The translations under genes were made by a program, and so were the position numbers. A stretch of 57,521 nt of DNA, the filler included, from Candidatus Hydrogenedentota bacterium (GTDB lineage: Bacteria > JBFMHD01), in assembly GCA_040752395.1 (NCBI GenBank). It is 3 parts of 3 records of this genome, joined end to end, with 100 filler letters (N's around TTAATTAATTAA, not from the genome) between each part and the next. Parts side by side here need not be neighbours in the genome. Positions count along the whole stretch, not along the records: positions 1 to 31,001 come from JBFMHD010000006.1; 2 more parts are not named here. One strand, 5' to 3'. Below the pieces are notes generated by a model that was not told where the DNA came from, did not search any database, and was given only the letters and a program-made list of their open reading frames with translations. This document shows positions 9,639 through 20,491 of the stretch, piece after piece (position 1 is the stretch's first letter; each line of letters begins with the position of its first letter).

Positions 9639-11062
9639 AAATATTATTTTTAATACCGTTTATTAATAGAAAAGAGCAATGGGGTCCCTGGCGCTGGGGT
9701 GCTGGCAACAATCAGTTTAATTATGGTATTGCTTCTCTCGCCGGATATCTGGAAAGTAAAGAGATTGATGTTGGACTTATTGATATGCAGTTTTTAAAAG
9801 ATAAAGACTTAGGAATTATGCTTAATAAAGAGATGCCTGATTTAATAGGTATTAGTTGTTATACACCGACTTATAAAGCATCTATTGAACTTGCCAGATT
9901 GTGTAAAAATATAAATTCAGATGTAAAAATTATATTTGGTGGCGCACATCCCTCATTATATCCACGTGATACATTAGAAGAAAATTCTTTCATAGATTTT
10001 GTTGTGGTAGGTGAAGGTGAGATTACTTTATATGAGCTTATAAAAGCATTGCAAGATATGAGATACGATTTTTCAGATATAAAAGGTCTTGCTTATAGAA
10101 AAGATGGAAAAGTTTTAATAAATCCTAAACGAGAATTCATAGATTTAAGTAAAGATAGTACCTTACCAGCATATAAAATTTTTCCACTCGATAAATATAT
10201 AATTCAGGCAACATCTTATAAAAAGTTGCCTACATATACACTTGTTGCTTCTCGCGGTTGCCCATATAATTGTACCTTCTGTCAGGTAAAACAATTCCTT
10301 GGAAGCAGGATGAGATATAAATCCCCTGAAATTTTAATCAAAGAGATTAGATACCTTAAAGATAATTTTAATGCTCGAGGAATAATGTTCCAGGATTCAA
10401 CTTTTACTACTGATTGGAACTGGTTAAAAAAATTTTGCAAATTAATGACAGATGAACGGTTGAATGATTTAACGTGGATGTGTTTTACAAGGGCAGACAG
10501 GGTAAATAAAGAGATTCTTTCTATGATGAAAAGAACAGGTTGTTATGGTATGAGTTATGGTGTCGAGTCAGCAAACCAGAAATCGCTTGATTTACTTAAA
10601 AAAGGTATAAAAATAGAGCAGATAATTGATACTGTTAAACTCTCGCTCGAGATGGGATTTTATGTGACAACCACATATATGCTTGGCATCCCGGGTGAGG
10701 ATGAATCCGATGTGATGAGAACAATAAAACTTGCTAATACTCTTGCAACCCATATTGCTCACTTCTATCTACCTATCCCATATCCAGAATCTGAATTGTA
10801 TTATCAATGTAAAGAGACTGGCGGATTAAGGGAGGACATTATATGGGAGGATTATAATATGTTTGATGATGAAAGACCTGTATATATTAATCCAAAGATT
10901 GGTTTAAAAAAGATGGTAGCTCTAAAAAATTATGCGGTTAAAAAATATTATATAAACCCCAGGGTTATCTGGAGAAATATCAAGGAGATCAACTCTAAAG
11001 ATGACATAATAAAATACTGGGATGCAGTAAAATCTTTAGCAGGATTTTTTATTAACAGATGA
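9635..11062 (+). CDS. B12-binding radical SAM protein
   Basis: GIASLA, GGAHPS, GEGE, SRGCPYNCTFC, GVESA. Confidence 0.92.
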   Translation: MKILFLIPFINRKEQWGPWRWGAGNNQFNYGIASLAGYLESKEIDVGLIDMQFLKDKDLGIMLNKEMPDLIGISCYTPTYKASIELARLCKNINSDVKIIFGGAHPSLYPRDTLEENSFIDFVVVGEGEITLYELIKALQDMRYDFSDIKGLAYRKDGKVLINPKREFIDLSKDSTLPAYKIFPLDKYIIQATSYKKLPTYTLVASRGCPYNCTFCQVKQFLGSRMRYKSPEILIKEIRYLKDNFNARGIMFQDSTFTTDWNWLKKFCKLMTDERLNDLTWMCFTRADRVNKEILSMMKRTGCYGMSYGVESANQKSLDLLKKGIKIEQIIDTVKLSLEMGFYVTTTYMLGIPGEDESDVMRTIKLANTLATHIAHFYLPIPYPESELYYQCKETGGLREDIIWEDYNMFDDERPVYINPKIGLKKMVALKNYAVKKYYINPRVIWRNIKEINSKDDIIKYWDAVKSLAGFFINR

Positions 11063-11748
11063 AAGATGAAGAATTATTTGAATTATGGGAAAACAAAATA
11101 AAAATTGAACTTACACAGGAGATTGTTAATAAGAGATTTAATATCTGGTCTATTTTTCATAAATGGGGACATAACTCTGTAGTAACATACTTAAAAAGCA
11201 TCAATTTTACAAAAAATGATACTATCCTTGAAGTAGGTTCAGGTGACTGTTATTTCAGTTCTTTGTTAGATGAAAATTTATCTAAGAGATATATAGGTCT
11301 TGATATCTCTAATAAAATACTCTCTTTATCTAAAAGAAAGGTTAAAAAAATTCAGGCAGATTTATATAGCCTGCCTTTTAGAGATGATTCCATTAAGGTT
11401 ATAATATCTATATATAATCTTGAGCATCTGCATTTATTAGAAAAAGGTATCGATGAGATAAATAGAGTATTACAGATGAGTGGGAGCTTTATTTTTGCCA
11501 TCCCTATGGAAAATGGTCTTTTATATGATTTAGCAAGATGGTTTACTACGAAAAGGATTGTTGAGAAACGATATAAAGTTGATTATATGAAGATCATAAG
11601 AGAGTATGAGCATCCTAATACTGCAAAAAATGTATTAAAAAGAATAAAACAGAAATTCAAAATAGTAAAATCGGGATATTATCCATTTTTGGTACCATTT
11701 ATTAATTTAAACTTATTTTCTGTTTTCAAGGCTGTTAAATATGAATAA
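11059..11748 (+). CDS. class I SAM-dependent methyltransferase
   Basis: ILEVGSGD, GLDIS, LPFRD, LEHL, RVL. Confidence 0.88.
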   Translation: MKDEELFELWENKIKIELTQEIVNKRFNIWSIFHKWGHNSVVTYLKSINFTKNDTILEVGSGDCYFSSLLDENLSKRYIGLDISNKILSLSKRKVKKIQADLYSLPFRDDSIKVIISIYNLEHLHLLEKGIDEINRVLQMSGSFIFAIPMENGLLYDLARWFTTKRIVEKRYKVDYMKIIREYEHPNTAKNVLKRIKQKFKIVKSGYYPFLVPFINLNLFSVFKAVKYE

Positions 11749-13264
11749 TAAGAGTGTATTATTGATATATCCACCACTTGGTTCTGATGATATTTTTATC
11801 AGGGATATTCCGCTCAGTCTCCTTTATGCAGCCACACTCTCAGTAAAAAATGGGTATCATATTGAGATACTTGATTTAAGAATTTGTAAAGATTTTCGTG
11901 GCACATTGATAAAAAGAATAGCAAAAGGGGATATTTTATTAGTGGGAATATCAGTTCTAACTGGGAACCCTATAAAGTATGCTATTGAGATTACTGATAT
12001 TATAAAAAGTTTTAGAAGAGAGATAAAGATTGTCTGGGGTGGACATCATTCTACAATGGAACCTGAATCTACTATGGGATTTAAGAAAATAGATTTTCTT
12101 ATAAGAGGATTTGGTTCAAAACCTTTAAAGAAACTTATTGAACAACTATTTAATGACACGAATAATTTTTCAGAAATACAGGGTTTGACATATAGAGATG
12201 GAGATAAAATAATAAGTAACGATATTGAAACAGAATGGGAGATAATTAATTATAAAGATATTCCATATCATCTTATAGAAAACAACCTGGTAAATTATAG
12301 CAGGTTTAAAGGTCGAGATAGAACATTCCCCATATTTACAAGTATGGGGTGCCCATACAAATGTAGTTTCTGTATGGCACCACTTTTATACAAAAATTTT
12401 AAAAGAAAGATTATATATTTTGATATAGATGAAGTTATAGAGCATATTAAATTTTTAATAGAAAGATACAATGCAACAGAGATATCTATATATGATGATG
12501 ATTCATTTGTTGATATAAAAAGAATGGAATATTTTTTTAAGAGAATAATTGGGGAAGATATACGGATAAAGATAGACTTTCGTGGTATCCGTATAGATGA
12601 ATTGTATCGTCTGGATAATAATTTTCTTGAACTGATGAGAAAAGCAGGGGTCAGGCATTTTCAAGTAGGGCTTGAATCAGGTTCACAGAAGGTTCTTGAT
12701 ATACTGAACAAAAATATAAAAATTGAGCAAATAATAGAAGTAAACAGAAGATTGATAGATTACAAGGAACTTGTACCTTTATATAATCTTATGACAGGTA
12801 TACCAGGAGAAACAATTGCTGAATTAAAAGCCACTCGTGATTTAGTATTAAAATTGTATAATGAGAATCCGAATTGTATAATAGGGTTTCCTGCAAAATT
12901 TAAACCTTTACCAGGAACTGAACTGTATAAGATAGCAGTAAAGGATTATAATTTAAGAAAAATCGATACTCTTTCTGAATGGGCAAAGATAGATACTGCA
13001 GAAACAGATTTATATTTTCCCTGGTATACTCGAGAATGTAATAATTATATAAAAATGTTCCAGGTAGTATCATTTTTTATAGATAAAAAAATTTTGAGAG
13101 AGATTGAGTGTACATCTGTAATTAATAAAATTCTGAGAATTATAGCAATACTATATAGACCTGTAGCTTTATTCAGACTCAAACATAATATTACTCTTTT
13201 AAATATCGAATATTTTTTATATACATTAATTAGAAGAGCCATACAGAAAATAAGATATTTATAG
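11741..13264 (+). CDS. B12-binding radical SAM protein
   Basis: PLSLLY, VWGGHH, SMGCPYKCSFC, GLESGS, PLPGTEL. Confidence 0.92.
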   Translation: MNNKSVLLIYPPLGSDDIFIRDIPLSLLYAATLSVKNGYHIEILDLRICKDFRGTLIKRIAKGDILLVGISVLTGNPIKYAIEITDIIKSFRREIKIVWGGHHSTMEPESTMGFKKIDFLIRGFGSKPLKKLIEQLFNDTNNFSEIQGLTYRDGDKIISNDIETEWEIINYKDIPYHLIENNLVNYSRFKGRDRTFPIFTSMGCPYKCSFCMAPLLYKNFKRKIIYFDIDEVIEHIKFLIERYNATEISIYDDDSFVDIKRMEYFFKRIIGEDIRIKIDFRGIRIDELYRLDNNFLELMRKAGVRHFQVGLESGSQKVLDILNKNIKIEQIIEVNRRLIDYKELVPLYNLMTGIPGETIAELKATRDLVLKLYNENPNCIIGFPAKFKPLPGTELYKIAVKDYNLRKIDTLSEWAKIDTAETDLYFPWYTRECNNYIKMFQVVSFFIDKKILREIECTSVINKILRIIAILYRPVALFRLKHNITLLNIEYFLYTLIRRAIQKIRYL

Positions 13265-13386
13265 ATATTACTTTCTCTATGAGATTTAAGTCAATTTAAA
13301 ATCGGAATAACAAGTGGTGTTATTTATAGAAAATGATTTATGATTTTCTTGAAAAAGTTTAATGTATCTTGGAAAATGGAACTGAT

Positions 13387-14502
13387 ATGAGCATATTTTC
13401 GAGTAGGAAGACATTTTATAAATTATTATTTATTATATTGTCATTATCGCTTAGCTTTGTTTTTCTTGAGGCAGGTATCCGTTTAATATTGCCTTCTCAA
13501 AGGCATCCAGTCTTATACCAAAAGAGTGAGAGTGGCAGCCATCTTCTAAAGCCTAATGTGAAATTAAAATATAGCCAGAAAGAATTTTCACATGATATTT
13601 TTACTAATTCGGCCGGCTTCAGAAATAAAAAAGAACTATTTAATGAAAATATTATTCTTTTTATCGGAGATTCGTTTACATTTGGTGCCGGTGTTGATGA
13701 GGAAAATCACTACTCTTACATCTTTGACAGATTGCTAAACTGGAATAAAGAAAGATTCAATGTATACAATGCAGGTGTACCAGGCTATTGCACAATAGAT
13801 GAATATCTTTACATAAAAGACCTGATAAACCGTAGGTTAGATATCAAAGTTATTATTTTAGGAGTAGATATAAGCGATTTTAACGAGAATTTGCTTGTGC
13901 CTATATACGATATTATGGATGGTCGTCTTGTATTTTCGACAAAAGAGAAAAAAGGCATTATTGTAAGAGTCATAAATTTTCTTGCCACTAATTCTGAATT
14001 GGTAAACTTTATTTATTATAGAATCGTGCATTCGAGCGTATTAAAGAACTATTTTGACTCTATTCTTAATTATGAATATTTTAGTATCAACCTTCCTGAT
14101 AAGAATCTTGGGCTTTTCGCAAGACAAAAGGATCAGACCAGCAGTAGAAAATTGAAGGTATTCGAGGAGTATCTTATTAAGATTATAGAATTATGCAGGG
14201 AACACGATATAGAATTATACGTCTATTATATCCCTATGATTCTGGAAATTTATGACGAAAGTTATCAAAGCACATTGAAGACTTATGACCTGAAGCCTGG
14301 AGATTTTGATCTGTCATTTTTGAATGAGTATATAAAGTCTATTGCCATAGAAAATAATGTTCAATTTCTTGATTTAAAGAGCGACCTTTTAAGATTTAAT
14401 GACTACCCACTATATTTTTTGATAGACCAGCACTTTAATAAATACGGGAATTTTATTGCAGGTATAAGCCTCTATAAGAACTACCTTAATAAGCAAAAAT
14501 AA
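13387..14502 (+). CDS. membrane-anchored SGNH/GDSL hydrolase-family protein (possible glycan O-acyl transfer/removal)
   Basis: N-terminal TM; TNSAGFR; GDSFTFG; NAGVPGY; C-terminal DQHFN. ATG 13387 preferred over TTG 13369. Confidence 0.85.
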   Translation: MSIFSSRKTFYKLLFIILSLSLSFVFLEAGIRLILPSQRHPVLYQKSESGSHLLKPNVKLKYSQKEFSHDIFTNSAGFRNKKELFNENIILFIGDSFTFGAGVDEENHYSYIFDRLLNWNKERFNVYNAGVPGYCTIDEYLYIKDLINRRLDIKVIILGVDISDFNENLLVPIYDIMDGRLVFSTKEKKGIIVRVINFLATNSELVNFIYYRIVHSSVLKNYFDSILNYEYFSINLPDKNLGLFARQKDQTSSRKLKVFEEYLIKIIELCREHDIELYVYYIPMILEIYDESYQSTLKTYDLKPGDFDLSFLNEYIKSIAIENNVQFLDLKSDLLRFNDYPLYFLIDQHFNKYGNFIAGISLYKNYLNKQK

Positions 14503-14586
14503 AATAGCCATAGTCATATCAAATTATTATGGAAAGGATTTTACATTTCGGAATCTGCATTTAATCTTTGTGCCCGGTAACTGATG

Positions 14587-14607
14587 TTCTAACTTCTAAC
14601 TTCTGAG
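14587..14607. repeat. short heptamer tandem repeat
   Basis: TTCTAAC TTCTAAC TTCTGAG in an intergenic space. Confidence 0.5.
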
Positions 14608-14770
14608 CAAACCACAAAGAATCTAATAATGTAAAAGAAAAGTTTTGCCGATATATATATTCAGGAGAGGGTCTCTTGATGTTACAGGTTATGGCTTCCA
14701 CAATTAATCATCTCTTATTTAAAAAACTTGTAATAAATAAAGAAATAAAATATATTTATCAGATGATATT

Positions 14771-15565
14771 ATGAATAAAAACAGTAAAATTGCGGTCATT
14801 ATTCCAATCTACAATGAGGAAGATACACTACCTCATCTTTTTTATCGGATTGATGGTGTATACAAGATATTGAAGGATGATTATCAGATAAAATTCATCA
14901 TAGTAAATGATGGCAGCAAAGATAATTCGCAACAACTGCTGGTAAATAAATACGGTGATTCTTCTTTTGTTGATATTATCCATTATCCTGAGAACAGTGG
15001 ATTTGGAGGTGCTTTAAAAACCGGATTCAAAAAAACTCTTGAAGAAGGATACCAATTTATTATCACGATTGATGCAGATACTAATTATGACCATTTTTTG
15101 ATCCCATATTTTATATATGAATTCAAACCAGATGAGGAGGATATACTTGCTGGCTCGCCATGGCATCCCGAAATCGTTCGGAATAATTTCCCCTTTATTA
15201 GATATATTTTAAGTTATTCTATGTCTCTTATATATCAGTTTGTTCTTCGAAATAAATGCAAACCATTAACCTGTTATTCTGCCTGTCTGAGGTTATATAA
15301 ACGTGAAGTCATTGCCAATCTTCAAATTGAGAGCAATGATTTCTTAACAAATACTGAGATTATGACCAAAGCTTTGCTACGGGGGTACAGGGTGAGGGAA
15401 CTGCCTGTTAGTGTGAATTATCGTCTGTTTGGGATATCGAAAATGAAATTTACGCAAACAATTCTGCGTCACATAAAATATTTATGGTATCTCTATAAGT
15501 TGTATAAATTAAAAGATAATGAGCATCTGAAATATGTGCGGTATTTGTGGAATATATTATTTTGA
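14771..15565 (+). CDS. GT2 glycosyltransferase (DPM1-like, polyprenol-phosphate glycosyltransferase type)
   Basis: IIPIYNEE, VNDGSKD, GFGGALKTG, IDAD, R..GISK. Confidence 0.9.
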   Translation: MNKNSKIAVIIPIYNEEDTLPHLFYRIDGVYKILKDDYQIKFIIVNDGSKDNSQQLLVNKYGDSSFVDIIHYPENSGFGGALKTGFKKTLEEGYQFIITIDADTNYDHFLIPYFIYEFKPDEEDILAGSPWHPEIVRNNFPFIRYILSYSMSLIYQFVLRNKCKPLTCYSACLRLYKREVIANLQIESNDFLTNTEIMTKALLRGYRVRELPVSVNYRLFGISKMKFTQTILRHIKYLWYLYKLYKLKDNEHLKYVRYLWNILF

Positions 15566-17411
15566 CAAACATAATAACGTAAAACCAGAACAGATTATCA
15601 CTATGCGTGATACAATGATTCATCGTGGGCCTGATGACTGCGGTTTGTATCTGAAGGGTAACATCGGGCTGGGACACAGAAGACTGAGTGTCATTGATTT
15701 AGAGACAGGACATCAGCCTATATTTAATGAAGATAGGACCATTGTTATTATATTTAACGGAGAGATATATAATTATCTCGAATTAAAAGAGAGATATCTT
15801 AAACATCATACGTTTACTACTAAAACTGATACAGAAGTTATAATACATTTGTATGAAGAGTTCGGGACCGGTGCTTTTTGTCTGCTTGAGGGTATGTTTG
15901 CTTTTGCTTTATATGATGCCAGCCAGGATGTTATGCGTATTGTGCGTGATTATTTTGGTATTAAGCCACTTTATTATTATTATGATAAAGACCAGTTTAT
16001 TTTTGCTTCGGAAATAAAAGCACTTCTTAAGCTTGGTATAGAACCTGTATTAAATGATGAAATTATGCTTGAGTATCTGACCTTCCAATATTATCAAAGC
16101 GATTCAACATTGCTGGAAAATATAAACCGGTTAACCCCGGGATGTTATCTTTCTCTGTCATGGGGTCTGATAAAAAAAGATAGATACTGGCAATTAAAAG
16201 TTAATGAAGACCAATCAATCACTGAAACAGATGCCAGGGAACATATAAAAAAATTAATTCAAAATTCAGTCAAACTTCAATTAAGGAGCGATGTACCGCT
16301 TGGTTGTCATCTGAGCGGCGGGGTGGATACTGCAATAATCAGTGGCATAGTAAGTAAACAGAATATTAAAGACCGACTCAAAACATTTACCGCATATTTT
16401 AGCAATGAATCAGGTATTTATGACGACACCTTTTTTGCAGAGAAGACAGCTCGTCATATCGGTGCGGAAATGTTTAAGATAGATTTAAACGAGGATGATT
16501 TTTTTGAAACCCTGAGAGAATTATTTTATTATCTTGAAGAGCCTGGTGCAGGAGAAGGTGCTTTACCACACTATTTTGTGTCGAAACTGGCTTCAGAGAA
16601 TGTTAAAGTGGTATTAGGTGGTCAGGGGGCTGATGAAATGTTTGGTGGTTACGTTAGATACTACATTCTTTATCATTCCTTACTATCCGATTCATCAGTG
16701 AAACTTTCAGAAAATGATCTGCGGATGGAGGATTTAAAGGGTTCGGCTGAACAACTGAAGAATTATAACCAACTTTATATGGATATGCTCACATCTACGT
16801 GTGGTTGCCATCTTGCTCAAAAATATTTTTTCTTAATCAACAGATTAAAAGAACCAGGGAAAGTATTAAGTGAGCAACTCTATAATAAATACAAATCATA
16901 TGATACAAGATTTGCCATCAGACCTTTTTTAGAATGCAATGCGGAGAGTACCATATTAAACCGTGTTTTATTATATGAAATAAATACCTGGTTGCCTACT
17001 TTATTAAATGTTGAGGACAGGATGAGTATGAGATGGTCAGTAGAGTCACGGGTTCCTTTTCTGAGTCATCAGTTGGCAGAGTTTGCTATGCAGATACCGG
17101 CAAAAATTAAGTTAAATGGTGGCATTTTAAAATATATATTAAAACAGTCTATGAAGAATTACCTGCATCCTGAGATATTTAAAAGAAAAGATAAGATTGG
17201 ATTTCCTGTACCGCTCACTTGCTGGCATAAAAGAATCACTGAATACTTGAGAAATATGATTAAAAACTCGCCTGCTATAGAATATATATTCAGTCGACAA
17301 TATTTGAATACAGCGGCAACCGAAACAAAAGAATTTGATAGAGGGTTATGGGGCTTGATATCAGTATCAAACTGGTTGAATATATTTCAACCGAAACTCA
17401 GAGACCAATAG
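15534..17411 (+). CDS. asnB: asparagine synthase (glutamine-hydrolyzing) family amidotransferase
   Basis: MCGICG N-terminus, HRGPD, HRRLS, NGEIYN, LSGGVD, GQGADE, ESRVPF. Confidence 0.95.
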   Translation: MCGICGIYYFDKHNNVKPEQIITMRDTMIHRGPDDCGLYLKGNIGLGHRRLSVIDLETGHQPIFNEDRTIVIIFNGEIYNYLELKERYLKHHTFTTKTDTEVIIHLYEEFGTGAFCLLEGMFAFALYDASQDVMRIVRDYFGIKPLYYYYDKDQFIFASEIKALLKLGIEPVLNDEIMLEYLTFQYYQSDSTLLENINRLTPGCYLSLSWGLIKKDRYWQLKVNEDQSITETDAREHIKKLIQNSVKLQLRSDVPLGCHLSGGVDTAIISGIVSKQNIKDRLKTFTAYFSNESGIYDDTFFAEKTARHIGAEMFKIDLNEDDFFETLRELFYYLEEPGAGEGALPHYFVSKLASENVKVVLGGQGADEMFGGYVRYYILYHSLLSDSSVKLSENDLRMEDLKGSAEQLKNYNQLYMDMLTSTCGCHLAQKYFFLINRLKEPGKVLSEQLYNKYKSYDTRFAIRPFLECNAESTILNRVLLYEINTWLPTLLNVEDRMSMRWSVESRVPFLSHQLAEFAMQIPAKIKLNGGILKYILKQSMKNYLHPEIFKRKDKIGFPVPLTCWHKRITEYLRNMIKNSPAIEYIFSRQYLNTAATETKEFDRGLWGLISVSNWLNIFQPKLRDQ

Positions 17412-17424
17412 CAGGGAGTGAATT

Positions 17425-18483
17425 ATGAAAATTGCGAGTATTATAGGGACGCGACCGAATTTTACCAAAGAATTTGCAATAAATGAAATATGTCGACAGA
17501 AAGACATTAAGGAAATACTGATTCATACCGGCCAGCATTACGATTATGAGATGTCCCAACTATTTTTTCAGGAACTTAATATACCACGGCCGGATTTTAT
17601 TAATTCGATAATTAAGGGCCCGCAGGGATATGAGACAGCCACTATGCTTGCTTTCATCGAACAGGTACTTATGCAAGAAAGAGTAGATGTCACAATTGTG
17701 TATGGTGACGTCAACTCATCTCTTGCCGGTGCTCTTGCCTCGGTAAAACTTAGGATTCCAGTGGTACATATTGAAGCTGGCCTACGTACCAACGACTTTT
17801 ACAACTCTGAGGAAATTAATCGCAGGGTTACGGATGCCTGTTCAGAATTGCTTTTCCCACATATCCAATCTGCTTATAATTCACTAATCAGGGAAGGTTA
17901 TGACAGGGATAGAGTATTTTTATTTGGTGATATTGTAAAGGATAGCCTGCTAAAAATAATTGAGCAGAAGAAGATAGTTGTTACCAGAGATAACTATATT
18001 TTATGTACCATCCATCGTGCTGAAAACACCGATTCGCCAGAGAGAATGACGAAAATAATCAATGCTTTGCTAAAGAGCGATAAAACTATAATATTTCCAG
18101 TTCATCCACGCACAATGGATAGTCTTAAAAGATATGGTCTCTATGAGCAGATAAGCAAAAACAGCAATATCGTATTACTGCCACCGCAGGGATTTCTTGA
18201 TTTTATCAGGTTGCTTGCTGGGTGTAACAAGATTATAACTGATTCAGGTAGCGCAAGGCGAGAAGCATATATTCTTGGCAAGCCAATTATTGTTCCAATT
18301 AATCTGATATGGGTTCCGGAGATGGTAGAATGTGGCTGGAGTAGAATAACCGATGCTGAGGAACAAGCCATATTGGAAGCAATATATAAACATAATCCTT
18401 CAAATGCAAACAGGCCGGAGATTTTCGGTGATGGTCACGCCGCAGAAAAAATCATAACAAAAATTATGGAAAGATTCGGATGA
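17425..18483 (+). CDS. wecB: UDP-N-acetylglucosamine 2-epimerase (non-hydrolysing)
   Basis: GTRP, HTGQHYD, YGDVNS, HIEAGLR, EEINR, HRAEN, TDSG, FGDG. Confidence 0.93.
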   Translation: MKIASIIGTRPNFTKEFAINEICRQKDIKEILIHTGQHYDYEMSQLFFQELNIPRPDFINSIIKGPQGYETATMLAFIEQVLMQERVDVTIVYGDVNSSLAGALASVKLRIPVVHIEAGLRTNDFYNSEEINRRVTDACSELLFPHIQSAYNSLIREGYDRDRVFLFGDIVKDSLLKIIEQKKIVVTRDNYILCTIHRAENTDSPERMTKIINALLKSDKTIIFPVHPRTMDSLKRYGLYEQISKNSNIVLLPPQGFLDFIRLLAGCNKIITDSGSARREAYILGKPIIVPINLIWVPEMVECGWSRITDAEEQAILEAIYKHNPSNANRPEIFGDGHAAEKIITKIMERFG

Positions 18484-20483
18484 ATGTTATAAATATTTTA
18501 TTTTATCTTACAATTATTTATTTCGTTAATTATTTATGTAAAAGAAAATATTTTTATCAAATACTGACAAATGATTCCTACCAGATACTTTACGCAGTAT
18601 ATTTTTATCCGGATTATACAACCCGTAATACAGATATTCAATGTTACAATAGCGGCGAACTTTTTTTGTTATTACTATATCGTAAATTACTGGGCTGGTT
18701 AAAGATAAAATATTCCCCTCAAGTTTTTCTAAGAAGTTTTTTATATCTGTATTCCAATATTATTCTCACAGCTGTTTTCTTTATAATACTGGTATGCACT
18801 AATAATGTAACGATAAGTGTGCTGGGCTGCATTCTGCTTGCTATATTAATATCAGCACAGGAACTCACATGGTATAACTATTTTTATGAGACGTTCCTTA
18901 CAGGGACAGAATTATTAGCATATCTTTTTTTAATGATTGGCATTAAAAATAACTCACTAATTGCTATCGGGATATGCGGCTTTTTTCTGACAATTAACTT
19001 CTTATTTAAACCAATAGTCCCGATTGTCCATCTATTTTTTATATCTTTATACTTGGCTATATTCTTTAACCTACAATTTATTATAACTCTTGTTATATCC
19101 ATCATATTAAGTTCTATATCTCTTCTGCCAATTGTAAAGTTGTTTTGTGATATCGGATTCTGGTATAGAAAAATAATCAGGATTTATAATGTCACTGATT
19201 TCAAGAAAGTAGTAAGTAAGATACATAAGAAATATTTGCAAAATATAATCAAGAAGTTCTTTACTAACTACTGGCTATATATCATTTTTGCAGCAGCTAA
19301 TATGTTAAATCTTTTGTTCTTCCATTGCGACCGGACATTATTATTACCAATGCTATTGGGATTAATATCTGCTTTAATAATAATATATCTCCAGGAAGTT
19401 ACTGTTTTATATTATACTTTTTTTCTACTATGTATGACAATTATCAATTCGTTTATTTTTTTATACGAATTTTTTTCCATAAATTTTATTATGATTGTTT
19501 TTATAAGTTATTTAATAATTGAGAATTATACTAGAATCAGGTCACAGGACAAACATTATTTTAAAGATTATCGTATGTTTAATAATGATTTATTACCACT
19601 CAGACTATTATATAATTATATAAAAAGGAATACAACTAATGATGCAAGAATATTGATGCTGGGGTTTGATATAAGCATTCATATTGAAATTAATAGAAAA
19701 TCTGTTACCGGTTATCTTAGTTATGAAAATTACAGAATATTGAAAGAATCACGAAGGGATTTTTTTATAACACTAATAAGAAATTTAAAAAATGGTGAGA
19801 CTGAATATATAATAAAATCCTTGAGAAGCTTTAATATTGATGAAATATCAAAAACTTGTGGATATCGGTATTTGCTGGAGAAAAAGATTGGTATCTACGA
19901 GATTTACAAAAAAGCTGAAAAAATGTCTGTAATACAGGAACTTATATTTGACAGAGAAGGTAAACCCAATATAATAGAATACGATTCACTGTGTAACTAT
20001 GAGCCATATTTTGCTATCGTACCTCGCCAGTTTGAGAATTATTATTCGGTGGCACTTACAGACATAGAGAAGTTAAGGTTTATATTAAAAGAGTTTTTTT
20101 TAATTATGAAATATCTTTCAGTCAAGGATGCATATATTCTTGGGTTCTCAGAACTTGCCAAATTATTTTTAAAAGAAAATGATGAAATGAATATCATAAG
20201 CATCTTTGATAAATACAAAGCTGGTTTGCAATATCATAGTTTTATAGTTAGACCATTAAAGGATATTAGAAATATTGAAATAAATTCCGTAGTGATTGTA
20301 TGTACCTCGGTTAATAAAGATTCGGTCAAAAAAGAGATAGAACCACTGAACCAATCCTGTAATCTAATTTTTCTCTATGAATTTCTTGAAGTCATGACCG
20401 ACTATATTTATTCCCGATACCATGAACGACGCCTGGCATATGCATATAAAGAGATGGCTCATATTTTAGATTATATAAGATAA
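18480..20483 (+). CDS. multi-TM membrane protein (GT-C/ArnT-like topology) with C-terminal Rossmann-like domain
   Basis: Roughly 10 hydrophobic segments in aa 1-350; C-terminal AYILGFSELAKLF..IISIFDKYKAG..VIVCTS. Confidence 0.5.
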   Translation: MNVINILFYLTIIYFVNYLCKRKYFYQILTNDSYQILYAVYFYPDYTTRNTDIQCYNSGELFLLLLYRKLLGWLKIKYSPQVFLRSFLYLYSNIILTAVFFIILVCTNNVTISVLGCILLAILISAQELTWYNYFYETFLTGTELLAYLFLMIGIKNNSLIAIGICGFFLTINFLFKPIVPIVHLFFISLYLAIFFNLQFIITLVISIILSSISLLPIVKLFCDIGFWYRKIIRIYNVTDFKKVVSKIHKKYLQNIIKKFFTNYWLYIIFAAANMLNLLFFHCDRTLLLPMLLGLISALIIIYLQEVTVLYYTFFLLCMTIINSFIFLYEFFSINFIMIVFISYLIIENYTRIRSQDKHYFKDYRMFNNDLLPLRLLYNYIKRNTTNDARILMLGFDISIHIEINRKSVTGYLSYENYRILKESRRDFFITLIRNLKNGETEYIIKSLRSFNIDEISKTCGYRYLLEKKIGIYEIYKKAEKMSVIQELIFDREGKPNIIEYDSLCNYEPYFAIVPRQFENYYSVALTDIEKLRFILKEFFLIMKYLSVKDAYILGFSELAKLFLKENDEMNIISIFDKYKAGLQYHSFIVRPLKDIRNIEINSVVIVCTSVNKDSVKKEIEPLNQSCNLIFLYEFLEVMTDYIYSRYHERRLAYAYKEMAHILDYIR

Positions 20484-20491
20484 TTTATTTA

